Positions 1 to 12,590 are shown, counted from the stretch's first letter. The stretch is DNA of 64,000 bases from Chrysomallon squamiferum (GCA_012295275.1 CM022677.1:27156001-27220000); one strand, 5' to 3'. Program-made: numbers and translations. Notes: generated by a model from the sequence alone, not told the origin.

Positions 1-136
1 AGATTATTATTATTTATTAATATAATTATTATTTATTATAATAATATAATTAATATTATTATTATTATCATTATTATTATTTATTAATGTTATTATTATT
101 ACTATATTTATTTATTAATATACTTATTATTATATA

Positions 137-172
<36 letters not shown>

Positions 173-180
173 CATCACAG

Positions 181-386
181 AAACATACCAGACAACTACA
201 AGGTGATTTTCACACAAGGGGGGGGCACTGGTCAGTTTGCCGCGGTTCCACTCAATCTGATGAACTTGAAGGATGGACGGACAGCAGACTATGTCATCAC
301 TGGAAGCTGGTCACTCAAAGCGGCCACAGAAGCTGAAAAGTACGGAAAGGTCAGCAGAGTCCTGCCGAAAATGGAAAAATATACAA
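181..386 (+). CDS. PSAT1: Phosphoserine aminotransferase, internal exon (206 bp; earlier exons lie upstream of the window)
   Basis: Acceptor catcacag|181, donor 386|gtaagt. Translates [26 protein letters not shown]...[21 protein letters not shown]..., typical PSAT/SerC motifs. Confidence 0.96.
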
Positions 387-759
387 GTAAGTAGATTTTT
401 TATTATTTTGATTACTGCTGTCCAATCTTGATTAATAATAAAGTTTAATAAAAAAAAAAAAGAAGTAAAGTGTAAAAACCCAGATGGTGTGGTTCTTTGT
501 GGTTTTTACATCATTTCACAGGTATTTTAAAACTTCATTATTACGATTTTTAATGCTAAAAAAAACAAAACAAAAAAATAAAAACCACCTAAATAAAATG
601 TAGCTCGGAAATATTTGATCCATACAGGTATTTATTCATTTATTTATTTTACTTATTCCAATTATCTCAGTTGTTATTATTATTATTTATATTTTTTACT
701 AATTTTTGTTTTTTAATCTATTTTGTTTATTATTGTTATTGTTGTTGTTATTATTGTTA

Positions 760-1168
760 TTACTATTACTACTATTACTACTAATACAACTAATACTACT
801 ATTACCACTACCACTACTACTACTACTACTATTACTATTACTACTGCTGCTGCTACTACTACTACTACTACTACTATTACTACTACTACTATTACTACAA
901 CTACTACTACTACTACTACTACTATTACTACAACTACTACTACTACTATTATTACTACTACTACTACTATTACTACTACTGCTATTACTACTACTACTAC
1001 TACTACTACTACTATTACTATTACTACTACTACTACCACTACTATTACTACTACTACTATTATTACTACTACTACTACTACTATTACTACTACTACTACT
1101 ACTAATACTATTACTACTACTACTATTCCAACTACTACTACTACTAATAATAATAATAATAATAATAA
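760..1168. repeat. Imperfect (ACT/TAC)n then (TAA)n trinucleotide microsatellite in a PSAT intron
   Basis: Directly visible; produces the spurious poly-L/T/V ORFs at 706-1296. Confidence 0.95.
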
Positions 1169-1186
1169 TTTATTTAAACATTTCAG

Positions 1187-1264
1187 GTATACCCGACCCG
1201 ACAGAATGGAATTTAAATCCAGATGCTTCCTATGTTTATTACTGTGCAAACGAAACAATTCACG
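1187..1264 (+). CDS. PSAT1: PSAT internal exon (78 bp)
   Basis: tttcag|1187, 1264|gtgagt. Phase 1-1, encodes (S)[25 protein letters not shown](G), containing the PSAT 'YCxNETxHG' motif. Confidence 0.96.
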
Positions 1265-1811
1265 GTGAGTGTATTAAAACATACCTGACTAACTGAAACA
1301 TGATAAACTGTGCAGTACATCAACACTGGCACCCTCTGTTCACTTCACAATTATACTGTTTGATTTACACAGAAACATTATTTTAAAAGAGAGAGAGTAT
1401 TGGTGATAGGAGGAAAGAGTTGTCTTTCCTTACTGACATAGTCTGTTAAATCTGTTTTTTTTTTGTTTTTTTTTTTTTGTTATTGTTTTGTTGTATCTTT
1501 TTTTTTTTTTTTTTTATTAAATCATAATTATGTCATTATTATTTTTTTTTTTTTTTTTTTTTGGTGTTTGATGTTATACATAATATTTGTTGTTTTAAAA
1601 TTTTTACATATTTGACTAAATTTTTAATATAACTTAAGTGATATTTCAAAGTAATCTAAATATACTCTACATAATTTGTGTGTGTGTGTGTGTGTTTTGT
1701 GTGTTTTGTTTAATCTTAATTAAAGTGTACCTTTAATGATAACACAAAAACAGTGTAAATACATTCTGCATACTTCCAGTCTTTCATTGGTTGTATACTA
1801 TATATTTTATT

Positions 1812-1849
<38 letters not shown>

Positions 1850-2119
1850 TTATTTTTCCATCCACTCTTAATCAATATAAAATAATGAAGTATAAGAAGA
1901 AATCCAGGTTACATTTTATTTTACCATCCAGTCTTAAAGAGTACATTTGGAGATACACACAATTAATATTTAAATAAATATAATTTTATAACACTACAAA
2001 TTTCATCATTATTCAACATTTAATCTAGAGGCCCAAGCCTTTAGAATGATTTCAAACTGAAAACTAAAAGATTTTTGAAAACTTTAAGAATTATTTGAAA
2101 TGGTGGAGATGAAGCTAAA

Positions 2120-2283
2120 AGTTTGATAATTATTGAATTGTTTTGTTTTGTACAGCTGTTGAATTTCAACATTAAATAAATTATCATACTTCTGTTCTAT
2201 ATAAAATTTATGAATTATTTGAAATCAGGGAGTTTGATAATTATCAAATTGTTTTGTTTTGTTCAGGTGTTGAATTTCAGCAT
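2120..2283 (+). repeat. Direct duplication (53 bp, 111-bp offset) of the PSAT acceptor at 2266
   Basis: 2120-2172 versus 2231-2283 match at 48/53 positions by manual alignment. Confidence 0.9.
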
Positions 2284-2361
2284 GTTCCTGAAACAAATGG
2301 AGTTCCAATTGTCTGTGATATGTCATCCAACATTCTGACGAGACCCATTGATGTTTCCAAG
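2267..2361 (+). CDS. PSAT1: PSAT internal exon (95 bp; missed by the ORF track)
   Basis: gttcag|2267, 2361|gtaacc. Encodes (G)[31 protein letters not shown] including the PLP-binding 'DMSS' motif; phase-compatible with both neighbours. Confidence 0.95.
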
Positions 2362-2570
2362 GTAACCAGTTCTCTGGGAGGTTCATGGATCAAAGCCTTG
2401 TACTAGAAACAATTTTAAACAATACAGACTGATATAACACACACACACACACACACACACCTACATACATACATATATACATACAAACAAACAAAAATTT
2501 ATCCATATATATATATATATTAGACAGATTATAGACAGACAAACCACTTAGTTACATATACATTACATAC

Positions 2571-2621
<51 letters not shown>

Positions 2622-2868
2622 CATACATTCATCATAACTGCATGCATACACACACACATGCACATAAACGAATTAATGCATGTACACAAACATACATAAT
2701 GCATACAAATACAGATCAGCCGACTGAATAGATAAATAAATACACATATTCTTTTTTGTTGTTGACTCATTAAATTCATAAAGAAAACTTCCTATTTCAT
2801 TACCTTTAAGATATTTTTATGTTGTGAATTTTTAAATAAAACTTTATTTTTTATGTTTGTGAATTTTT

Positions 2869-3099
2869 AAATAAAACTTTATATTCTCTACTACATCACA
2901 GTTTGCTGTGATATATAAATAAAACTTTATTCTCTACCACATCGCAGTTTGGTGTGATATTTAAATAAAACTTTATTCTCTACTACGCGGCTCTTGGTGG
3001 GATATTTGAATGAAACTTTATTCTCTACTACATCGCAGTTTGGTTTGATATTTAAATAAAACTTTATTCTCTACCACATCGCAGTTTGGCGTGATATTT
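2869..3099 (+). repeat. Minisatellite, ~46-bp unit x5, spanning the intron/exon junction at 3084/3085
   Basis: Unit AAATAAAACTTTATTCTCTACYACATCGCAG|TTTGGTGTGATATTT; junction-equivalent positions at 2901, 2947, 2993, 3038 and 3084. Confidence 0.95.
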
Positions 3100-3254
3100 G
3101 CTGGGGCTCAGAAGAACATCGGCTGCGCTGGTGCGACTGTTGTCATCATCAGAGAGGACCTCATCGGCCACGCCATGCCAGAGTGTCCCAGCATCTTCGA
3201 CTACAAAACAATGGTGGGCAACAACTCCATATACAACACACCGCCAACGTACAG
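3085..3254 (+). CDS. PSAT1: PSAT internal exon with the PLP Schiff-base lysine (170 bp)
   Basis: catcgcag|3085, 3254|gtcagt. [26 protein letters not shown]...[10 protein letters not shown] contains the AGAQKN and YNTPP motifs. Confidence 0.96.
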
Positions 3255-4074
3255 GTCAGTTATCTCCCTTTGAGCCAAGTATAGACTAATTTGTTCAGTA
3301 ATGTGTGGGTGTGTCTGGGTGTGGTGGTGTATGAAAAACCTTCACTAGGTTCAAAAAAATGTATTTTCGGTTTTTCACATCACTGAAAGACACAGTAATT
3401 TCCAATTAAAATCAATATTAATTCTTTAAAAGTTCCATTCAGAAAAGAAGATAAGACATTTTTTTCAGATGAAATTGTGCAGAAAACAAAAAAACCAAGA
3501 CAGTCATGTTTAAAATTTCATTACGTAAATCAATAATGATTTAATCATTTAGTTACACATTTTAATCTCGTTGAATTCAAGAAACTAAAGCAAGAAACAG
3601 TTTTGTTTATAATAACAAGTGGAAAAAAAGGTGACCCCCCCACACACACACACACCATAAAAACACTGATATGTAAAAAATCTGAAGGACCAAAAAAATC
3701 ACAATTTTTATTAACCTGTCACTCTCATTGTTTTCATTGTAATTTGTTTACATTTCTGTAAAGCATTGATTTTCACTACCATTACTAAATTCAGCATCAT
3801 TTATGGGACATGATATAAAATAACCATTAATCAAGTCTTGTAAAATCTTTTTGGTTCCTGGTAACAATCTGGCCTTAAAGTGCCGCCATCTTTGTTTTTG
3901 CGGTAACCATAACAACTATTTTCTAATTATTTTACTTGTAATTAGATATGTTATTATATTATGTTCAATTAACAATTTCCTTTAGAATTATCTTGATTTA
4001 CAGGTGGTGTACTGTTGTGCTATTTACCTTTAATTACAGGTATGTTTTACTCACTTTTGTTTTACCTTTGACAG

Positions 4075-4203
4075 TATTTACATAATGGGGCTGGTCTTTG
4101 AGTGGGTGCTGCACCATGGAGGGGTGGAGATCATGGAGCAGAGGTCAATTGAAAAGTCACGAAACCTCTACAACATCATCAGCCTGGCCAACGGGTTTTA
4201 CAG
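4075..4203 (+). CDS. PSAT1: PSAT internal exon (129 bp)
   Basis: tttgacag|4075, 4203|gtttgt. (S)IYIMGLVFEWVLHHGGVEIMEQRSIEKSRNLYNIISLANGFY, phase 2-2. Confidence 0.94.
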
Positions 4204-4303
4204 GTTTGTACAACATGTGTCTGTCTGTCTGTTGTTGTTGTTTTTATTATTATTTTTTATTTTATTTTTTCATTTATTTATTTCATTAATTTACTGCATT
4301 CAG

Positions 4304-4345
<42 letters not shown>

Positions 4346-4440
4346 TTACTTAAGTTATATAAAACTGACTTTATTAACTATGTTCATTATTCTTCTTTAA
4401 AAATGTGAATCAAATGTGTTTACTTACTTACTTGTTTCAG

Positions 4441-4578
4441 CTGTCCTATTGATCCAGCATGTAGGAGTAGGATGAATGTCCCGTTCCGAGTAGGTTCTCC
4501 ACAAGGAGATGAATTGCTGGAGAAGAAATTCATAGAGGAAGCCACATCAAAGGGATTACTGTCCCTGACTGGTCACAG
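4441..4578 (+). CDS. PSAT1: PSAT internal exon (138 bp; missed by the ORF track)
   Basis: gtttcag|4441, 4578|gtgagt. CPIDPACRSRMNVPFRVGSPQGDELLEKKFIEEATSKGLLSLTGH(R) contains the RSxMNVPF and GHR motifs. Confidence 0.95.
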
Positions 4579-4615
4579 GTGAGTTCATCCTACTCAGTAC
4601 AGCTGTGTTAATCCT

Positions 4616-4810
<195 letters not shown>

Positions 4811-5110
4811 GTTACTAGTACATGATCTGCCGGTGCTACACGGGTAGTGAGAGAGAGAGTGAGTGAGTGTACACTGTAGGTAAATAGATACCTAGGTAGG
4901 TATAATGAACTTGCATATTCACATGCATCTTACTAAAACAGTAGAGTACTAATATAAACTACTTACAGAACATGTAATAGGTTGTATCTGACATTTCCCC
5001 AAGTTTTGTCCAACAAGTATTTTTTTTATCTCTGTATGAAGATCCATTCTCCATGTTAAATTTTGAATTTTTTTAATTTTATTTAAATTTTTAAAAATTT
5101 TTTTGTTCAG

Positions 5111-5234
5111 GTCAGTTGGTGGTATTCGCGTGTCGCTGTACAATGCAGTCAGCGTCAACGATGTTCTGGTGCTCACAGAATTTATGAGGAATTTCTACCT
5201 GGAACAAAAAGGTGTGATTCTCGCTCAGGGATGA
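5111..5234 (+). CDS. PSAT1: PSAT terminal coding exon, stop TGA at 5232-5234
   Basis: ttgttcag|5111. SVGGIRVSLYNAVSVNDVLVLTEFMRNFYLEQKGVILAQG* matches the PSAT C-terminal 'GHRSVGGxRxSxYNA' motif. Confidence 0.95.
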
Positions 5235-5470
5235 AGGAAATTAAACACAGAAAACAAAAACAAGATCGATTGTGATGGATATTTTTGATATTTTCTTTTT
5301 TTTTCCTTTTTTTTTTTTTTTTTTTTTTCTTTTTTGTTTAGTTATTTATTTTATTTTATTTATTTATTTATTTATTTTTATTATTTATTTTTTTTTTTTT
5401 TTTTTTTTTTGTATATGTGTAAATATTTGGTTCAGGCTGTACATAGAATTTTTGAAATTTTTAACATCTT

Positions 5471-5512
<42 letters not shown>

Positions 5513-5975
5513 CATTTTTGGTTGAGAATAATTTTATAAAAAGACTGGAAAACAAAACTTTGTAATTTAATACCGACTCACATATATTTATTTTATTTTT
5601 TTTATACTGAAATAACAAAAAAATTAAATTTACTGTTTAATTTTTATTATCTCGAAACATAAAATACAAAGTTACTAACCACATTTATTATTTTATATAT
5701 TAATGATGTAACCTGCCTCCAAATTGAGATATTTTTTGTTTTTAAATCAAAAGTTAATCACTGTCTACATCACAGCCATCTTGATTTCAACATTTCCTAA
5801 CCATGTTAATTTGAAAAAAAAAAAAAATGGCGACTTTGGGATGGGTTTTTCTCATTCTTAACCAATGTTTCCAAGGTAATTACAAAATAAGCTTTGAGAT
5901 GGTTATGCTGGAATTAAACCTGCAATCAACAGTGATGTATTTCACAGGTTTTTTTGCAATGTTAATAACCTTTAA

Positions 5976-5981
5976 AATAAA
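5976..5981 (+). promoter_or_regulatory. Candidate PSAT polyadenylation signal (alternative at 6255-6260)
   Basis: AATAAA ~740 nt after the stop codon. The hexamer is common in AT-rich DNA, so support is weak. Confidence 0.3.
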
Positions 5982-6996
5982 TGTCTTACTGCAGTAAATT
6001 GAATCATATTTATTTATACCCACATTTGTTTTAATTATTTTTCTATAATTCTGCCATGCAATTTGCCTAATGAATAATAATTATGATTTAAAGCTGGGTT
6101 TTAAGTTGAAAATCATGAAGGAAACTGCAATGTTTTAATTACTTTCACCAACGTTACAATTTAACTAAACAAAATATCAATTGAAAAAAAAAAAAAAAAA
6201 AATGACATGAAGTTAAATGAATATAAACTGTTAGATCCAAAACTTTAACAGTTAAATAAAGTAATCATTCAAAGGTATAAAAATATATTTATAATAATCA
6301 TTAATTCTTTTGACCTATTTAAACTTTACTTAAAAATATTCAGACTAGTGATACATCATTTTAGTAACTTAACTAGAAATGACTCACTAAGTAACAAGTA
6401 GCAAGACCCTTATGCCACTGTCCACATACTGAACTAATTGCCCGTTCCAACCAGCACTCAATCACCGGTTTATCTGGGGAGTCTATGAAACAGTAAACAT
6501 ATCGTCAAAAAAAAAAAAAAAAAAAAAAAAAAATATCTAATGTTATCACATCTGGAATTATTGTAATACAGGAATATGAAAACAATAACACACACACACA
6601 AGCACACACAAATATTTGAAAGAAACTAGAATACAAATGGTTACATCTTAGTAAAAATACTAAATTTTAAAATAATAGTTTAAAATTATAACAGTTTTTA
6701 AGTGTGGTTGAGACCAAACTGAAGTATTTTTATATCAGTGCTGACTGTTGATAACTGGTTTGTCTGCAGTGAAACTAATGTAAGTGATTTATACAGTTGT
6801 CGAATGGTGTGTTGTAAATAAAAATATCTAACATTAAATCTCGTTTCGATTTTCTTGTTTCACTAATTACTTCTGATAAATAATTACAAATAGAATAGAT
6901 ATTGTTTTTTGAAAAGTGTCTATTCCATTCTATCACTTTCTCATTGTCACTCTTTTTTTCTCTCTCTCCCATTTATCTATTTATCAGTCTCTCTCT

Positions 6997-7083
<87 letters not shown>

Positions 7084-9091
7084 ATTTACCACTTTGTGTA
7101 ACTAGTATCGGTTTCTATACAGTCCACAACGTGAATATTTGCAACGTTTCAATGCCATAAAATATATATAGATATATACATGTAAACATATTATTGATAA
7201 AAGAGCCCAGTATAATCTTTTTTATTTATCATGACATGAAATTAATGTTTTATATGCACTGCAGTTCAGGTATTTGTTGTATATTTGAGATAAATTCGTT
7301 AACTTGCTGGCATGAATTGGTAGTGAAAAAAAAAAATGAAAAAAAAAAGTTTCTAAAAACAAAAAAACTGAAGTAGTAATAAAAAAAAACTTAAAAGACT
7401 GAGTCCATAAATGTCTACGTCGTATAAATTAAAATTGTGTATATAAAAAAAAAAGTGGACATCTTAATGTTAAAAACGTTTAAAAAAATAAAGATGATAG
7501 GAATCCGCTGCCCATCAGTAAAACAGATAGAGAAAGCGATGTATAGTTTTTGTTGTTGTTATATTAGTAGTTTTAAATATTTATATTTTATATAACAATA
7601 TCGGTTGGAAATTTGGGGTTGTTAATAAAAACTCTTTCTGTTATTATTTATATATTTAATTTTATAGTTATTTTATTTTATTTTTGTATTTTGGGGTACC
7701 TTTTTTTTTTTTTTTTTTTTCTTTTCTTTTTCCCCCTTCCATTCTACAAGCTAGGTCAAAAACGAAATTTGTGGATACGCATCAAATTTGATTATGATGA
7801 CGTCACGTTGACAGACATCAAATCACAGCGGCCATGAACGCGTTCTGGACATACGATCTCAGTAATCAATATTTCCGCTAATTCTCTAATAGCACATACA
7901 GGCTTAATACCATTACCTGGTTATGATAATTAAGTCATAAAGATATCTGCAAAAATGAGACTCGTAAATTTATTTTCTTTAACGACAGATCAAGTAACAT
8001 GCTAATAAAACTCTACCTCGTTCTCGTTCATGTCGTCTGCCGTGTGGTTTCCTAGCAACAACAGTACTAACATTGAAACATTGTAATTTGGTATCGTAAA
8101 CTAAATAACAAAGCTTATTATGAAGATGATGATGATGCTTATTATTATTATTATTATTATTAATGGTGTTGATATAATTTTTCTTATTCATCATCATTTC
8201 TTCAAGTTTTGTTATTTGTTTGTTTTTGTTGTTGTTCTTTCAGGTTTTTTTTTTTTTTTTGGGGGTTTGTTTGTTTTTTATGTGTTTTCTATGTGTTTTT
8301 TACATCTTTTGTTTTTTGTTTTTGTTTTTTTGTAAAGGTTTCTGACATATTTGCTTTACTTTTTACTTCTTATATAATCGATATAGTTAGCATATAATTC
8401 ATTTAATCTTCTTTTTTCTTTCTATAATTTTTTTTGTTTTTTTTTTATATGTCAAGGAAAAGTAAATAAATTAAAAGAGAAAACAGACAAGTATCAGTCT
8501 TTCTAACTTACTTTATTCTCAAACCTCACTACATTTTATTACCAAACCCCTTTTATTATGCATCTTGCACGTTTAATAACCTCTGTAATGACGTCACACC
8601 CATTCTTATTTATGGACTCGCCCATCTTCTGTTCACTAATCCAGGTACCAAAGGTGTTCTTCGTACAGTCGATTCTAAGAAATAACTAATACAGAAAACA
8701 CAAGCTTATAACATTTCTACATTGTTTAACGAAAAGCAAAATACCGTAACTCTTCCGCTAAAAGACATTCGTGTTTCACTATTTGAAAAGAACAGACAGC
8801 GCATATTAATAGTTACGTCAGTCGTTTACGAATGGAGAGAACAAAGGAAAAATAAAAAGAGCGATCGCCTGACAAACAGAATGAAAGAACGAGACAGAAA
8901 GGGGCGAGATACAGAGATATATTATACAGTCAGAAACAGAACTTGGGAGATTTGAAGAAAGATGCTTTCAAAGAGAAAAAGAGAAAGACATCTATTACAG
9001 AGAGAAAAAAGAAAGAAATAAAAGACTTAGGGACAAAGACAAAGAGAAATTTAAAGACGAGAGTTAAAAGACTATATACATAAAGAGAGAA

Positions 9092-9174
<83 letters not shown>

Positions 9175-9694
9175 AAAAAATACGAAACGTCTAATATGAA
9201 ACTATTTTGTGCGCTTTGTTAGAATGTTTACGGTAATTATCAAGCCCTCCCTCCCTCCCTCCCCGTGGTGCCCGCTGTGTGTAATTAAACAGTGTAAAGT
9301 TCAGGTATTGTTATGAAACCGGGAAAGCAGAGACACCGCAACTCGCTTTGTGACAACAACCAACATCTTCCGATCGATATCCGTTACCACAGCAACAGAT
9401 AGGAATTACGAGCAGTGGCAAATACCTGAACAAAACTGATTTGTCTTCAGAATAGGCAGTGTCCGTCTGTCTGTATACGTATATACACGTCTGTGTGTGC
9501 ATGTCCGTGTGTCTGTCTGTCTGTATTTACGTCTGTGATTCATATTTATGTATATATATGGATCATTTTACGCTTACCAAAATTAATTAATTACATCGTT
9601 CTGTATTTAACAAAATATTTTAAGTAACAAACCCTAGTTAAATGTCTAAAAAGAACAAGAAAAAGAAAAGAAAAACATTAGCAGTAACACCTAT

Positions 9695-9766
<72 letters not shown>

Positions 9767-10391
9767 CTCTTCACTGCTTTCCTGAGAAAAAAAAAACAAA
9801 AAACGAAGACACAAAATGAATACGTTAAACGAAAAAGAAAGAGTTAATGAGATCTTTACTAAATAAACAGTTCGTCTGTTTCTAGTCTGAAATCTGCTGA
9901 CACATTTTCTAAAACCAGTCGTTTTAATCTAATAGCGAGGTCTGTATCATTGCCGATCTGTTATCGAACGTTCTCGAAAACGACGCATTACGAACACAAC
10001 CGAACCGGAAAGTTCCGAAATATACCGCAGAGGTGCTATTAGCCTCGAAGCGAGATGACAATGGTTGAAGGATGTAACGAGGGTTTTAATTGGTCGAGAT
10101 AAGATTTGACCGCTGCAGGTCAGTGAAACCTAGTCTTAAGATATTTTCAAGATGCAGAAAAATCGATTTTTCTTCTGAAGGAAAAAAAAAAAAATAAAAA
10201 AATATTAAAATTAAAATAAAATAAAATAAAAAATAGTTTGAAGGAAAAGAAGATAAAAGAACTTTTCAATTTGAATTTTGCACGCATTTTGAAAGAAAGT
10301 GTAGTTTAGAGATAAAGAGAAAGACTGAAAAAGACAGAGAGAAAAAAAAACAGAAATATAGATATACAGAAAGACAAACATAGAGAGTGAG

Positions 10392-10481
<90 letters not shown>

Positions 10482-11440
10482 CTATTTACGAAAATAATAT
10501 TAATACTCAGTGGCAGCATATGGCTTCTTTCACATACATCAATGACTTCAGATCGTTTGCGAAATGATCCGAGTGATTAAGATGCCGCTCGGCTCGGTTC
10601 GTTTCAGCTCGACTTAGTTCGTCTCGGTTCGGATGGATTCGGTTTCCTGACAGGTGTTAATACGAAACCGGTGAGTTAGGAGAAAGAAAAAAGTGGCAGA
10701 AACGGACAATTTTAGACATCGGAACTGACTACGTTTTCATTATTATTATTATTACTACTACTATTATTTCCGTTACTACTATACTTCTACTACTGTTATT
10801 ACTACTACTACCACTACTACTACTACTGCTTGTTACTATTGTTACTATTACTACTACTACTGATACTTTTACTACTACCACTATTACTACAGCTACTACT
10901 ACTGATACTACTATTACTACTACTGCTTCTGCTGTTACTATTTCTACTATTATAACCACTATACTATCACAGCCACTTCTTGTGTTGGCACTATAGGTAC
11001 AAAACCGTTGGTCCAGCAATTATATATATATAATTTTTGGTAAAGACATGCAAAACACATATACTCGTAATAATTGTAATATATACCGAATGTAACAAAC
11101 ATATGCACAAGCAGTCACGCACACTAATACGCACATAACTACATACAATCACACACACACACAGGTGCACGCACATGTCACGCTTGTATACGTAAATGCA
11201 GATAACCAATCCATGTATTAATAGCAAGGAAACTGTCAAATCGCGGAATTTGGACACAGATTAATGTGCGGTTTGACTTACACGTGTAACCACAGAGCAT
11301 GCAGCCGTTCGTGCACTCGCACGCACACGCACACGCACACACACACACGGATATACACCAACATTCTCGAACTGGTATTTAAATGTACGAAGAGAACAGA
11401 AAACCGTTTATAGATTTTTTCAAGATGCATGTTTGTTTTT

Positions 11441-11533
<93 letters not shown>

Positions 11534-12028
11534 CCCTCTCTCTCTCTCTCTCTCTCATCATCAACATCTTTTCCTTTAATCCTTTTCCCGTACAAACGTG
11601 AAATGAAACGCCACATTATTTCTGCTCAAGAAATTAACGATCGACTCGGTTTAACAACTCGTGTCAGTCAGCGTTTGTACACAAGGCGCATCCGTAACTG
11701 TAGTAATACTTCTTGTGTGCGCGTGTACTCCCCGACAAAACCTGTGTACAACCTCTTCGCCTGCACCACCACCACTACCACCACTACAGGCGTTTCACGT
11801 CAACTTCCGCTATTGCTATGACATCTATTGTGAAACCAGTGCGACAACACGACGAATAAAAGTTGTTATGATGAACATAACGACGACGATCTATTCCGAC
11901 GATCAATACCTGACATTGTACTGTCTTCCTTACAAACAGTCTCTTTCAAAATCTGTTATCTTTCTTTTTCGTTTTTATTTATTTATTTTGTTTTATTTTA
12001 TTTTTTATTATTATTATTTTTATTTTTA

Positions 12029-12059
<31 letters not shown>

Positions 12060-12370
12060 GCCTTCGCTGGTTCTTTCTCGTGACGTCATAATTTTTTTTT
12101 TTAATGCCAAAGATAGTAGCACGCGCGCGCGCGCTGCTTATTAATCTCTGTATCTCGGAATGGGCGCGTGACCATCTGGCAGACGGCTAATTGGTGCTTA
12201 ATAACGTTCGAATTCGCTTTCCCGCTCGCTCGTCTGTGGCTCGTGCACTGCTACAACGTGTTGAGCCATTGATTAGCGACGAGGAATGCTGGGTAAAAAA
12301 AGCATTATCTATGTAAATAAGATGCAGACTTAGGACTTTCAATTTTCTGCGGTTCCGTTGTTACAGAAAG
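12060..12370 (+). promoter_or_regulatory. Putative CELF proximal promoter / 5' leader
   Basis: CpG-rich segment directly upstream of the ATG: palindromic CRE TGACGTCA at 12081-12088, (CG)n run ~12122-12133, ATTGG (reverse CCAAT) at 12190-12194, YY1-like AAGATGGC overlapping the ATG. Confidence 0.5.
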
Positions 12371-12590
12371 ATGGCTGCCGTAATTCAGAATGGCTTGGAA
12401 CTGGGAAATGTTAACGGCAATTCGGGCTTGCACAAAACCATTCCCATGAAGGATATTGACGCGATTAAGTTGTTCGTGGGTCAGATACCGAGGAATTTAG
12501 AAGAGAAAGACTTGAGACCAATATTCGAAGAGTTTGGTCAGATTTACGAACTGACTGTGTTAAAAGATCGCTTCACTGGAATGCATAAAG
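12371..12590 (+). CDS. CELF4: CUGBP Elav-like family (CELF3-6/bruno-3/unc-75 class) RNA-binding protein, coding exon 1 (N-terminus and first half of RRM1)
   Basis: MAAVIQNG...[51 protein letters not shown](G) closely resembles vertebrate CELF4 RRM1; donor 12590|gtatgt. The symbol denotes the closest recognised paralogue, since invertebrates typically have one CELF3-6 co-orthologue. Confidence 0.93.

Noticed and set aside
706-1296. Long ORFs on both strands (196, 181 and 181 aa; poly-Leu/Thr/Val)
   Set aside because: Translation of an (ACT)n microsatellite; only 1187-1264 is a real PSAT exon.
2869-3099. Regularly spaced repeats resembling a CRISPR array
   Set aside because: Head-to-tail units with no unique spacers, eukaryotic intron context and no cas genes; the unit derives from the splice junction.
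4004-4039. Apparent 36-nt in-frame micro-exon in PSAT (tacag|...tacag|gtatgt)
   Set aside because: The downstream intron would be only 35 nt, and an insertion would interrupt a conserved PSAT segment.
4567-4578. LTGHR in place of the usual LKGHR, and a short C-terminal extension in PSAT
   Set aside because: Catalytic and substrate-binding motifs are intact; without an alignment this cannot be called unusual or pseudogenic.
5235-12370. Functional linkage between PSAT and the CELF gene (same strand, 7 kb apart)
   Set aside because: Adjacency in an animal genome does not imply a shared pathway; no evidence of fusion or co-transcription.
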